A stretch of DNA of 20,520 nt, from the IMG/VR virus record IMGVR_UViG_3300045988_164175, positions 1 through 20,520 of that record; one strand, 5' to 3'. Positions within the stretch are counted from its first letter, which is position 1; every line of letters starts with the position of its first letter. The DNA comes from a virus. A program made the translations under genes and the position numbers. Below the pieces are notes generated by a model. It was not told the origin of the DNA. It did no database searches and saw only the letters and a program-made list of their open reading frames with translations. Positions 1 to 9,372 of the stretch are shown here, piece after piece.

Positions 1-538
1 AATCATTTTTTGTCCAAACATCCATTTCTTTTTTTTCTATTTTATACTTTTTTACTTTATCTAAAGGATTACAAGAAAGCAATTCGTTTTCAACAGCCCA
101 GTTAAATACTCCTTTTAATTGTTTTATAATTTCATTCTTTTGCATATCAGTAGTATCAATATCAGCAACAAATTTTATCCAAAAACTTTTTGTAGTTTTA
201 TGCAAATTCAAATTAACTTTATTTTTTAAATATTTATTGTACGCTTTTTCTTTTCTTAAAATCGTATTATAAGCTAATTTTCTGACATATTTACAATCAA
301 AGATATATTTATCCCATAAACTATCTAAATTGCCTAAAAAACTATTTAAATTGGTATTCCCAGCCTTTTTCAAGTAATTGTCTCTTATTCTTATTGCGTC
401 GTCTATGGAAATTATCTTTTTTCCATCAATTCTACTGATACTCGTTTTAACTGGTTTGCTAATTGAAATAATGTAATTTCCATTTTTATGTTTATAGATA
501 TTTTGATATCTAGTTTTTTTATATATTTTTAAATCCAT
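1..538 (-). CDS. int: Phage integrase, tyrosine recombinase, N-terminal part (truncated by window edge)
   Basis: Open minus-strand frame from ATG at 538 (MDLKIYKKTRYQNIYKHKNGNYIISISKPVKTSISRIDGKKIISIDDAIRIRDNYLKK...FNWAVENELLSCNPLSKVKKYKIEKKEMDVWTKND), with AGGAC Shine-Dalgarno. Pattern of arm-binding plus core-binding domains (FNWAVENELLSCNPL) and position beside the lysogeny module. Confidence 0.85.
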   Translation of the reverse strand, partial: MDLKIYKKTRYQNIYKHKNGNYIISISKPVKTSISRIDGKKIISIDDAIRIRDNYLKKAGNTNLNSFLGNLDSLWDKYIFDCKYVRKLAYNTILRKEKAYNKYLKNKVNLNLHKTTKSFWIKFVADIDTTDMQKNEIIKQLKGVFNWAVENELLSCNPLDKVKKYKIEKKEMDVWTKND

Positions 539-660
539 GTTTTGTCCTCTTTTCTTTCTTTTTATTTGAATCAGGACAAATTCTATGATAAAATTAAAAC
601 ATAGAAAAAATCCTTAATTCGCATGTTGAGTATTTTTTCTTAGAAGTTTTTTTACTTCGG

Positions 661-688
661 AAGTCGTGTTCCAGCACGACTTTTTTTT
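661..688 (+). terminator. Rho-independent terminator-like hairpin (plus orientation); also part of the leader element repeated at 2315-2351
   Basis: AAGTCGTG-TTCCAG-CACGACTT followed by T-run (8-bp perfect stem). Confidence 0.5.
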
Positions 689-1016
689 ATGCTAAAATAT
701 TTTCATCTTTTAGGCTTTCTAAAATAAACTTAATATATTTATCTGCTTCATCTTCATATTTATCAACTTTGAAAGCAAATAAGTCTTTATCAACTTGACA
801 TAATTGATTCAATTCAATATGTGCAAGTTCGTGTAATAGAGTTTTCTTTCTTTTATAATAAGAAAGATTAGAATTAATTATAATATTGTAAATATTCTTA
901 TAGAAAAATACAAATCCATTAATTCCTTCATTTAAACTAACATAAGTAATGTTAGCATTATAATAATTTAATAACTCTTGTTGTGTTATATCTCCTTTTA
1001 ATAATTTATTTATCAT
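687..1016 (-). CDS. ImmA/IrrE-family metallopeptidase (anti-repressor protease)
   Basis: HELAHIE zinc-peptidase HExxH motif, 109 aa, adjacent to repressor. Confidence 0.85.
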   Translation of the reverse strand: MINKLLKGDITQQELLNYYNANITYVSLNEGINGFVFFYKNIYNIIINSNLSYYKRKKTLLHELAHIELNQLCQVDKDLFAFKVDKYEDEADKYIKFILESLKDENILA

Positions 1017-1074
1017 ACTTAATACCTCTTTATTCTTTATGTTTATATTAAGTACCTATACTAGCATACTTGTT

Positions 1075-1329
1075 TTAACTGTCTTTTGATTCTTTTATAA
1101 TGTTCTCTAAATATTTTATTTCTGTATCTTTTTCCTTTATAATCTTGTCATAATATATGATTATATCTGTAAATGCAATAATCGATATACATCCATAGAT
1201 TAAATGCCAAATGTCATATGCAATTGTTGAAAATGGTAAATAGAAACTATTAAAAACGACTACAAAAATGCAAAACTTATCTACTATATTAATAGTTACA
1301 TTTTTGGAATTTTTATTCATTATCTTCAC
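1075..1329 (-). CDS. Small putative membrane protein with C-terminal coiled coil
   Basis: ORF 84 aa with hydrophobic segments (IVDKFCIFVVVFNSFYLPF, LIYGCISIIAFTDIIIYY). Confidence 0.6.
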   Translation of the reverse strand: MKIMNKNSKNVTINIVDKFCIFVVVFNSFYLPFSTIAYDIWHLIYGCISIIAFTDIIIYYDKIIKEKDTEIKYLENIIKESKDS

Positions 1330-1663
1330 CTAATTCTTTATCTATTTCTTTTTTTCTTTGTTCTATAATAGTTTTTATTAATGTTTTATCTGACTCAGTT
1401 AAAATGTCTTTATGTTTATCAAATAACAAATCTAATTCATCAAATTCTACATCATCTTCTTTTAAGTTTTTGCCTGTTAAGTCTGCAACTGAAATGTTTA
1501 ACGCATTTGCTATATCATAAATGTTATCTAATGATGGTGACATTTCGCCAGATTCCCATCTCATGATTGTAGTCTGATTAACATTAGCCATCTCAGCTAA
1601 TTTATTTTGAGATAATTTTTTTTGTTCCCTCAAAAATTTTAAATTTGTACTAAAATAGCTCAT
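1313..1663 (-). CDS. CI-like transcriptional repressor, HTH_3/XRE family
   Basis: MSYFSTNLKFLREQKKLSQNKLAEMANVNQTTIMRWESGEMSPSLDNIYDIANALNIS. Start placed at ATG 1663 after AAAGGAGG; the track start at 1771 adds a non-conserved hydrophobic leader. Confidence 0.85.
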   Translation of the reverse strand: MSYFSTNLKFLREQKKLSQNKLAEMANVNQTTIMRWESGEMSPSLDNIYDIANALNISVADLTGKNLKEDDVEFDELDLLFDKHKDILTESDKTLIKTIIEQRKKEIDKELGEDNE

Positions 1664-1684
1664 TTTTTCCTCCTTTACATGATA

Positions 1685-1713
1685 ATAATAGCATAAAAAC
1701 ATTAAAAGCACAA
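1685..1713 (-). promoter_or_regulatory. Candidate leftward (repressor) promoter
   Basis: On minus strand TTGTGC (1713-1708), 17-nt spacer, TATTAT (1690-1685), just upstream of the repressor SD. Confidence 0.4.
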
Positions 1714-1721
1714 TATAAATT

Positions 1722-1765
1722 ATGCTTTTTAGCATTTTTAGTATTGACAAATGCGTATAAGCATT
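1722..1765. promoter_or_regulatory. Two candidate repressor operators, ATGC-N6-GCAT dyads
   Basis: ATGC-TTTTTA-GCAT at 1722-1735 and AATGC-GTATAA-GCATT at 1750-1765; the second fills the -35/-10 spacer of the rightward promoter. Confidence 0.55.
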
Positions 1766-1772
1766 ATACAAT
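1744..1772 (+). promoter_or_regulatory. Candidate rightward early promoter
   Basis: TTGACA (1744-1749), 17-nt spacer, TACAAT (1767-1772), 22 nt upstream of the Cro-like start codon. Confidence 0.7.
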
Positions 1773-1794
1773 TGAAACAGATAGGAGGTAAAAA

Positions 1795-2043
1795 GTGGAA
1801 GAGTTTAAAGAATCTGTATCATCTGTATTAAGAAGCATAAGAGCTGAAAAGCATATGACTCAACAAGAAGTGGCTGAAAAGTCCGGAATGGATGTAATGA
1901 CAATTAGTAGATATGAAAATAATCCTAATACTATTGTTTTAGACAAATTAGATAAAATACTTCTTGTATATGGAGTAGATTGCTATTATTTTTTTAATAT
2001 AGTTAATGCGAAAAAGCATAATAATAAATCTGATTTAGATTAG
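1795..2043 (+). CDS. Cro-like HTH regulator
   Basis: LRSIRAEKHMTQQEVAEKSGMDVMTISRYENNPNTIVLDKLDKILLVYGV HTH; GTG start after AGGAGG; divergent from repressor. Confidence 0.8.
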   Translation: MEEFKESVSSVLRSIRAEKHMTQQEVAEKSGMDVMTISRYENNPNTIVLDKLDKILLVYGVDCYYFFNIVNAKKHNNKSDLD

Positions 2044-2053
2044 GAGGAATTGT

Positions 2054-2266
2054 ATGAAATATTATACAGTAGAAGATGTTATGAATATAACTGGTGCAGG
2101 TCAAACAAAGTCGTACGAGATTATTCGTGAACTTAACAAAAAATTCAAGAAAATGTATCCAAACGCCGTTTATATTCAAGGCAAAGTCTTAAAAACATTT
2201 TTTGATGAATGTATGGGCATAAAAAAAGATTGCTCAAATACTGAGCAATCAATAAACACTTTGTAA
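2054..2266 (+). CDS. Excisionase-like small HTH DNA-binding protein
   Basis: MKYYTVEDVMNITGAGQTKSYEIIRELNKKFKK...VYIQGKVLKTFFDE, typical MerR/excisionase-like HTH of phages; SD AGGAGG. Confidence 0.6.
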   Translation: MKYYTVEDVMNITGAGQTKSYEIIRELNKKFKKMYPNAVYIQGKVLKTFFDECMGIKKDCSNTEQSINTL

Positions 2267-2314
2267 ATAAAATTTACTTTTAAAGTATAACAAATATTTA
2301 CAAATAAATCAAAT

Positions 2315-2351
2315 ATAAGTGCTGGAACACTTGTAAAAATACTCAACATGC
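2315..2351 (+). promoter_or_regulatory. Leader element copy B: hairpin AAGTG-CTGGAA-CACTT followed by AAAAATACTCAACATGC
   Basis: Same loop and same 17-mer occur on the minus strand at 621-682, upstream of the integrase. Confidence 0.5.
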
Positions 2352-2367
2352 AAGAAGGGAGAAGAAT

Positions 2368-2487
2368 ATGAGAATAATGAAAGAATTAAAATTAGAATTT
2401 CCAAAAACAAAAAAAGAACTTTTAAACGACATACTTGATTGTATTGCTATATTCGGAATTTCATATTTACTATTAATTCTTCTTTAG
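2368..2487 (+). CDS. 39-aa putative single-pass membrane protein (missing from ORF track)
   Basis: MRIMKELKLEFPKTKKELLNDILDCIAIFGISYLLLILL; preceded by AAGGGAGAAG. Confidence 0.5.
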   Translation: MRIMKELKLEFPKTKKELLNDILDCIAIFGISYLLLILL

Positions 2488-2505
2488 AAAAGAGGTTAAT
2501 TCAAT

Positions 2506-3447
2506 ATGGAATTAGGATATGTAAGACTTTATAGAAAAATATTAGATAATCCAATTATTTGGAAAGATAGCGATCATGTAGCAATTTGGATTTATTTACT
2601 TTTAAATGCAACACACAAAGAAATATCCGTAATTTTTAAAGGTGAAAGAACTATTTTAAAACCTGGTCAACTAATTGTAGGTTCAAAAGCAATAGCAGAA
2701 GAACTAAACATTAATTATGTGAAAGTACATCGTGTATTAAATGATTTCAAAGTTGAAAAACAAATTGAAAAACAAGCGAGTAATAAAAACTCCTTAATTA
2801 CAATATTAAATTGGGAAAAATACCAATCGTGTGAAAAGCAAAATGAAATTCAAGTGAAAAACAACTGTAATTCAGATGAAATTCAAATGAAAAACGAATG
2901 TAACACAACTGAAAAGCAACTGAAAAACAACTGTAATTCTACTGAAATTCAACAAAAAAGTGAAACACAAAGTGAAAAACAAATAATCACTGAAAATGCT
3001 TTAAATACGGCATTTAATCAAGAAGAAACGCCAACAAGTGAAAAACAAAATGAAATTCCAATGAAAAACAAGTGTAATTCAAGTGAAAAACAAGTGAAAA
3101 ACAACTGTAATTCAAGTGAAAACAAACAAGAATGTAAAGAATGTAATAATAATACTTCTTATTATTCTTATTTAGAAGAAAAATATGCGCGTATGATAAA
3201 TTCAGCAGAAAAAGAATTATTGGATAGTCTTTTAGAAACTTATGATAAAGATTTAGTTTTAGAAGCGATAAAACAATCAGCTATTATGAATAAAAAAAAT
3301 TTAAACTATGCAAAAGGAATTTTGCGTAATTGGAAAAAATATCAAATAAATAATCTGGAAGATTTAAAAAAAAGTGAAGAAGCAAGGGAGGAGGAAAAGC
3401 AACCGGTAGAACTTTTTAGCTATAACTGGTTAGAAGATAATGAGTGA
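2506..3447 (+). CDS. Phage replication protein with N-terminal winged helix and C-terminal DnaD-like domain
   Basis: MELGYVRLYRKILDNPIIWKDSDHVAIWIYLLLNATHKE...GQLIVGSKAIAEEL N-terminus and C-terminal SLLETYDKDLVLEAIKQSAIMNKKNLNYAKGILRNWKK. Confidence 0.8.
   Translation: MELGYVRLYRKILDNPIIWKDSDHVAIWIYLLLNATHKEISVIFKGERTILKPGQLIVGSKAIAEELNINYVKVHRVLNDFKVEKQIEKQASNKNSLITILNWEKYQSCEKQNEIQVKNNCNSDEIQMKNECNTTEKQLKNNCNSTEIQQKSETQSEKQIITENALNTAFNQEETPTSEKQNEIPMKNKCNSSEKQVKNNCNSSENKQECKECNNNTSYYSYLEEKYARMINSAEKELLDSLLETYDKDLVLEAIKQSAIMNKKNLNYAKGILRNWKKYQINNLEDLKKSEEAREEEKQPVELFSYNWLEDNE
2845..3117 (+). repeat. Degenerate 33-bp (11-aa) tandem repeat inside the DnaD-like gene
   Basis: EIQVKNNCNSD/EIQMKNECNTT/EKQLKNNCNST, then EIPMKNKCNSS/EKQVKNNCNSS. 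Confidence 0.8.
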
Positions 3448-3766
3448 AATTAGTGAACGAAGAGTTGGAGAAAGAATAACATTTACAACAAGAGCAATAG
3501 CAAACTCAATAGTCGATAAAAAAGGTATGTATGAAAAGATACTTGAAATCATGAAAAAGTTTGATAAGCCAATGTCAGCAAAAGATATAGCAGTAGAACT
3601 TTTCAAAAGAGGTTTAACACCTGATGATTCTAGACAACAAGTTGCACCAAGATTAACAGAATTGTCTAGACAAGGAAAAATCGAACCTGTTGGAGATAAA
3701 CAAAGAGACAACTATTCTGGAATACGAGTAAGTGTATATCAAATTAGAAAGTGTGATTCAAAGTGA
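3440..3766 (+). CDS. Putative winged-helix protein
   Basis: MYEKILEIMKKFDKPMSAKDIAVELFKRGLTPDDSRQQVAPRLTELSRQGKIEPVGDK resembles a wHTH. Confidence 0.55.
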   Translation: MSEISERRVGERITFTTRAIANSIVDKKGMYEKILEIMKKFDKPMSAKDIAVELFKRGLTPDDSRQQVAPRLTELSRQGKIEPVGDKQRDNYSGIRVSVYQIRKCDSK

Positions 3767-4029
3767 ATGAAGCAATAGTTATTAATTTGTTAATTTTAGG
3801 AATTTGTATTGGAATAGCAATTATGTTACTAGTTGTAATCGCTATTACATCAAACTACGAAAAACAATTACAAAAAGAAAACGAAAAAAGTTATATGCAA
3901 AATGAAATGATAAATGAAATAGTTTCATACGCAGTACAACAAAATCAAAAAATTAAAAAAATAGAGAAAGAAAAAATGCAATTAAAAGAATTATTAAAGA
4001 CTTATCAATTAATTGCAAGAGGGAAATAG
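3763..4029 (+). CDS. Small membrane-anchored coiled-coil protein
   Basis: N-terminal TM (NLLILGICIGIAIMLLVVIAI) then charged coiled coil; overlapping start/stop. Confidence 0.6.
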   Translation: MNEAIVINLLILGICIGIAIMLLVVIAITSNYEKQLQKENEKSYMQNEMINEIVSYAVQQNQKIKKIEKEKMQLKELLKTYQLIARGK

Positions 4030-4031
4030 TT

Positions 4032-4634
4032 ATGGAAATAGTTATGGAAGAAAAATTAAATATATATAAAAAACTGCAAAAATGCAGAATGGAATTAAAT
4101 AAAAAGAAATTAACAAAAAGTGGACATAATACATATTCAAACTATAAATACTTTGAATTAAGTGATTTCTTACCAGTAGTTAATGAATTATTTTACGAAA
4201 ATGGATTATCAAGTGAATTTAACTTATATGATAAAGCCGCAGTTTTAAAAATAATTGATGTGGATGACAATAACTCACAAATTATATTTAAAATTCCAAT
4301 TGCAGATGCAACCATAAAGGGAAGTTCTCCTATTCAAGCATTAGGAGGGCAAATTACTTATTTAAGAAGATACTTATATATTAATGCCTTAGAAATTGCT
4401 GAAAATGATTTAATTGATAAACAAGATAATAAAATGTCGGAAGCAGAACAAGAATTGATTTTAGTATACATGGACAAGATGGAAAAGTTGGAAATGGAAA
4501 CAGAATCGGATCACGAGGAAATTTTAAAATATTTTAAAGTTAAAAGTAATCAAGAAATGACTTTAAGACAATTTAAAGAAGCAGTAGCAATATTAGAAAA
4601 GAAAAAATCAAAAAATAAGGAAGAGGTGTTTTAG
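4032..4634 (+). CDS. erf: ERF-family single-strand annealing protein
   Basis: KLQKCRMELNKKKLTKSGHNTYSNYKYFELSDFLP...ATIKGSSPIQALGGQITYLRRYLYINALEIAENDLID, ERF signature. Start may be the internal ATG at 4047. Confidence 0.85.
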   Translation: MEIVMEEKLNIYKKLQKCRMELNKKKLTKSGHNTYSNYKYFELSDFLPVVNELFYENGLSSEFNLYDKAAVLKIIDVDDNNSQIIFKIPIADATIKGSSPIQALGGQITYLRRYLYINALEIAENDLIDKQDNKMSEAEQELILVYMDKMEKLEMETESDHEEILKYFKVKSNQEMTLRQFKEAVAILEKKKSKNKEEVF

Positions 4635-5494
4635 TGGAAACATTAAAAGAAAAAATGGAAAAACCAATATTGAAAAATGAAATAGTAGCAAAAATCACAA
4701 CTATAGGAAAAGTAGAAGATAATATATCAGAAGCAAAAGAATATGCACAAAATCTAAAAGAATATTATTCAAAATTGGTATTTACAGAAGAACAAAAAGA
4801 TGAAGCTGCAGCCGAAAGAGCAAATATTAATAAAGCAGTAAAGAAAATTGCAGATTATAGAAAAAGTATAGTTGCAGACTTTAAAAAGCCAATTGAGGTA
4901 TTTGAAGAAACAGCAAAAGAAACTGAAAAAATATTAAAAGAAACATCCGAGTTTGTAGATATTCAAGTTAAAAATTTTGAAAACAAAGAAAAAGAAGTTA
5001 GAAAAGAAAATGCTAAAAAAATATATGAAAATAACATTGAAGAATTAAAAGAAATAGTATCATTTGAAAAAATATTTAATGATAAGTGGCTTAACAAAGG
5101 TAGTTGGAAAGAAGATAATACTTCACCAATAATCGAAAATGAAATAATTGAAATCAGAGAAAAAATAAGAAACGGATTAAAAGCTATTGAAGAATTACAT
5201 AGTGAATTTGAATTAGAACTTAAAAATGCATTCTTACAAGATTTTGATTTAGCAAAGGCTATTTATAAAAATACTCAATTACAAGAACAAAAGAAAGCAC
5301 TTAATAAAACAGTTGAAGTTAAAGAAAAAATAGTACAAGAGAAAATAGTAACAATGTTAGCAGAAGAAGTTAAAGAGGATATAACAGATCCAATATTAAC
5401 TTATAAATTAAAGATTACTGGTCCATCAACTAGACAAAAAGCATTAAGAGAGTTCTTAGAACTTAATAAAATGACTTTTGAAAAGATTGATTAA
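4634..5494 (+). CDS. DUF1351-like phage protein (coiled coil)
   Basis: AAERANINKAVKKIADYRKSIVADFKKPIEVFEETAKETEKILKETSEFVDIQVKNFENKEKEVR; usual partner of ERF/recombinase genes. Confidence 0.7.
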   Translation: METLKEKMEKPILKNEIVAKITTIGKVEDNISEAKEYAQNLKEYYSKLVFTEEQKDEAAAERANINKAVKKIADYRKSIVADFKKPIEVFEETAKETEKILKETSEFVDIQVKNFENKEKEVRKENAKKIYENNIEELKEIVSFEKIFNDKWLNKGSWKEDNTSPIIENEIIEIREKIRNGLKAIEELHSEFELELKNAFLQDFDLAKAIYKNTQLQEQKKALNKTVEVKEKIVQEKIVTMLAEEVKEDITDPILTYKLKITGPSTRQKALREFLELNKMTFEKID

Positions 5495-5513
5495 TATTAA
5501 GGAGAAGAAATAA

Positions 5514-5723
5514 ATGATCGAAACAAGCTTGATGGTAAATGATTATCCTGAACCACCAGAAGATAAAACAAAAAAAATCATATTTACATGTAATTGTGAA
5601 GTTGAAATAACTGTATATGCAGAAGATGAAGAAACAGCTAAAGAATACTGCAATATTACTGACTGCGATGATTATGAAGTAAAAGAAATAATAGATATAA
5701 TCAACTGCAAAGTTGAAGATTAG
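5514..5723 (+). CDS. Hypothetical acidic small phage protein
   Basis: 69-aa ORF with AAGGAGAAG SD, tight operonic spacing. Confidence 0.6.
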   Translation: MIETSLMVNDYPEPPEDKTKKIIFTCNCEVEITVYAEDEETAKEYCNITDCDDYEVKEIIDIINCKVED

Positions 5724-5741
5724 AAAGAAGGAAGAATTATT

Positions 5742-6204
5742 ATGAAATTTAAAAGAGGAGATAAAGTAAAAATTAAAAAAAATACAACATTAGAAGAAAT
5801 TGCTAAAAATCATTTTAATGGTTGTCAAATAGGTACTATGAAATTTTTATTAAATGCGAGTTTTGATAGTTTTGAAAAAACTTTTATAGTAAAAGAAGCA
5901 TCAATTGCTGATTGTGTAATATTAGATAATGGACTTTTAGTTAATGCAATTATATTAGATAAAATTAAAGAAATACTTGATGACAAAGAAAAAGAATATT
6001 TAAAAGCGGTTATAAGACCTTTTAAGAAAGATGTAGAGTGTATAACAAAATTAACTGATGCTAATGGTGATGCTAATGGTATGGCATATATTGATGTGTT
6101 TTTAAAGAATGGTGACCATGCTTGTTTACCTAATTTTAAAAAATACACAATGTACAAAAATATGGAAGATGATAAAGGATACACTGCAAAGGAGCTAGGA
6201 TTAG

Positions 6205-6212
<8 letters not shown>
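5742..6212 (+). CDS. Hypothetical protein
   Basis: 156-aa ORF, SD GAAGGAAG, overlaps SSB start. Confidence 0.65.
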
Positions 6213-7344
<1,132 letters not shown>

Positions 7345-7345
<1 letters not shown>

Positions 7346-7719
7346 TGGAAGGAATAGAAAGAATAAAAGTACTTGCTTCAGAAGTAAAAGATGAAGCAGT
7401 ACTTGAAATAGTAAAATATTTAATATCTAGAACTGATATGAATGATAAATATTTGAATGAAGAAAAAAGTTTAAAACAAATGATAGATTTTATTTTAAAA
7501 GAAGCAAAGAAAAAATCAGAAAACAATATGGCAATGATAAAAGATGATGTTGTATTTGGATGGGCAATACATTATTGGGACGAAGATAATAAAGATTTAG
7601 ATTTAAGTTCAAGTGACAATGTAAAAAATATAGGAAAGAAAGAAAAAGTTGTTCAAGAAAAAACAAACAAAATAGTAAAAAAAGATTGGACTCCTGAAGG
7701 ACAACTAACGCTGTTTTAA
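7345..7719 (+). CDS. PcfK-like protein (family overlapping Cas9 inhibitor AcrIIA9)
   Basis: SLKQMIDFILKEAKKKSENNMAMIKDDVVFGWAIHYWDED...DWTPEGQLTLF; paired directly with a PcfJ-like gene. Confidence 0.75.
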
Positions 7720-9110
7720 TGTATATCAAGAAAAAAGTTAGAGAACAAATAGACGTAATTAATAATTATGTTGACAACTGTGTAAATTCTAAAGAGTTTA
7801 AAGAATTTGTAGAGAATCAAAAAAAGTATATTTGTATTAAAAATAAAAACAATTGTTATTGTTCCAATTGTAAACGTGAATTTGAGACTGTATGTAAAGT
7901 TAATGATTATATACAATGTCCAAATTGTAAGAAGAAATTATTAGTCAAAAGAACGACTAATTATATAGATAAAGATTATTTTATGTATTTAATAAATTTT
8001 AATGATAAATACATAGTAAGAAATTATGAAATTGTAAGTACATATTCAAATTCAACAAAATCAATGAAATTTATAATTACTGAATATGCTAGACAAGTCA
8101 TTGAGAAAGATGGAACTTTAAATTTAAAGATAATGATAAATAACATGAGAAGGAATACTAGTGGCTACTGGTATATTAATTATTGGGAAAAAACCTCATA
8201 TTGGAAACCTGAATATTACATTATGTTATACGGCAAGTGCTTTGTAGATAAAAATACATTAAAAGCTAAATATTATGATCCAAAAAAAATTTTTGATAAT
8301 GCTGAAATAAATGTTTGTGATATTTTAGAAGGTATTAATAAAGATAATTATACTTTGGAAATATTAACTAAAGCAAAGTTATATAATTTGGCGGCATACT
8401 ATTATGAGTTTAAAAAAGGAAAGTTTGAAGATGTGTTTAAACTTGATAGAAGCTATTTAAGTTTTATAATTGAAAATAACATCACATATGATGAACTGCG
8501 AGTTTTACAAAAAATAAAAATAAAAGATTATGAACTTGTTAAATATTTTTGTAATGTTTATCGATTAGATGAGTTATTAAAGTATTGTAAGCCATATGAC
8601 TTAATGAAATATCATATTAAAAATAAAGATATATATATGTACCTAGATTATATATCAATGGCCAAACAACAAAAAATGGATTTAAAGGATAAATCAATAT
8701 TATATCCAAAAAATTTAAAAGAAAAACATGATGAATTACAACATCAAATTCAAGTAAGAAAAGATAAAGTTATAACTAAACAAATAAAAAAGAGATATGA
8801 AAAAATTAAAACAAATGAATTTCAAAATAAACAATATATTATATATCCTGTGAAATCAGTTGAAGAGTTAGTTGAAGAATCTAGTCAACAAAATAATTGT
8901 GTTAAAACTTATGCTGAAAGAGTGGCAAAAGGCCAATGTGATATTTATTTTATGAGATTGATAAAAGATATAAATCACTCCTTAGTGACTGTTGAGGTTA
9001 GAGAAAATAAAGTAGTTCAAAAGAGAACTAAAAACAATGCAGCTACAACAAATAGTCAAAATATATTTTTAAAAAAATGGGAAAACCAAATTTTGAATAA
9101 AAATGGATAG
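7719..9110 (+). CDS. PcfJ-like protein with N-terminal zinc ribbon
   Basis: CYCSNCKREF...IQCPNCKKKLL; C-terminal YPKNLKEKHDELQHQ...SQQNNCVKTYAERVAKGQCDIYFMRLIKDINHSLVTVEVRENKVVQKRTKNN. Confidence 0.85.
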   Translation: MYIKKKVREQIDVINNYVDNCVNSKEFKEFVENQKKYICIKNKNNCYCSNCKREFETVCKVNDYIQCPNCKKKLLVKRTTNYIDKDYFMYLINFNDKYIVRNYEIVSTYSNSTKSMKFIITEYARQVIEKDGTLNLKIMINNMRRNTSGYWYINYWEKTSYWKPEYYIMLYGKCFVDKNTLKAKYYDPKKIFDNAEINVCDILEGINKDNYTLEILTKAKLYNLAAYYYEFKKGKFEDVFKLDRSYLSFIIENNITYDELRVLQKIKIKDYELVKYFCNVYRLDELLKYCKPYDLMKYHIKNKDIYMYLDYISMAKQQKMDLKDKSILYPKNLKEKHDELQHQIQVRKDKVITKQIKKRYEKIKTNEFQNKQYIIYPVKSVEELVEESSQQNNCVKTYAERVAKGQCDIYFMRLIKDINHSLVTVEVRENKVVQKRTKNNAATTNSQNIFLKKWENQILNKNG

Positions 9111-9120
9111 TGAGGTAAAT

Positions 9121-9198
9121 ATGAAAGAAAGATGGATTGCGATAGCGTTTATAACAATGTTATTAATAATTTTAACAATAGCAAATGAGGTTAGCTAA
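9121..9198 (+). CDS. 25-aa putative membrane peptide
   Basis: MKERWIAIAFITMLLIILTIANEVS; preceded by GTGAGG; stop overlaps next ATG. Confidence 0.4.
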   Translation: MKERWIAIAFITMLLIILTIANEVS

Positions 9199-9368
9199 TG
9201 AAGATAATAATAGTAATTTTAATAATAATAATTTATTTCTTAGTTTTAAAGTTAATTAAGTTAAAAGAAAATTTAGCTATATATAAAAACAATTATTATA
9301 CAGCAATAAAAATATTAGGTGATTATGATCCAAAATTAAAAGAATATCTAGAAAGTAAAGGAAAATAA
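9198..9368 (+). CDS. 56-aa putative membrane protein
   Basis: MKIIIVILIIIIYFLVLKLIKLKENLAIYKNNYYTAIKILGDYDPKLKEYLESKGK; TAATG overlap with upstream ORF. Confidence 0.5.
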   Translation: MKIIIVILIIIIYFLVLKLIKLKENLAIYKNNYYTAIKILGDYDPKLKEYLESKGK

Positions 9369-9372
9369 GATT

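Noticed and set aside
1381-1566. Plus-strand ORF (61 aa)
   Set aside because: Antisense to the repressor, no SD.
2845-3117. CRISPR-like array
   Set aside because: 33-bp repeats are contiguous, degenerate and in frame with an ORF, with no unique spacers. No CRISPR array or cas gene was seen anywhere in the window.
3430-3711. Minus-strand ORF (93 aa) in the ORF track
   Set aside because: Antisense to a well-supported winged-helix ORF, no SD, no family resemblance.
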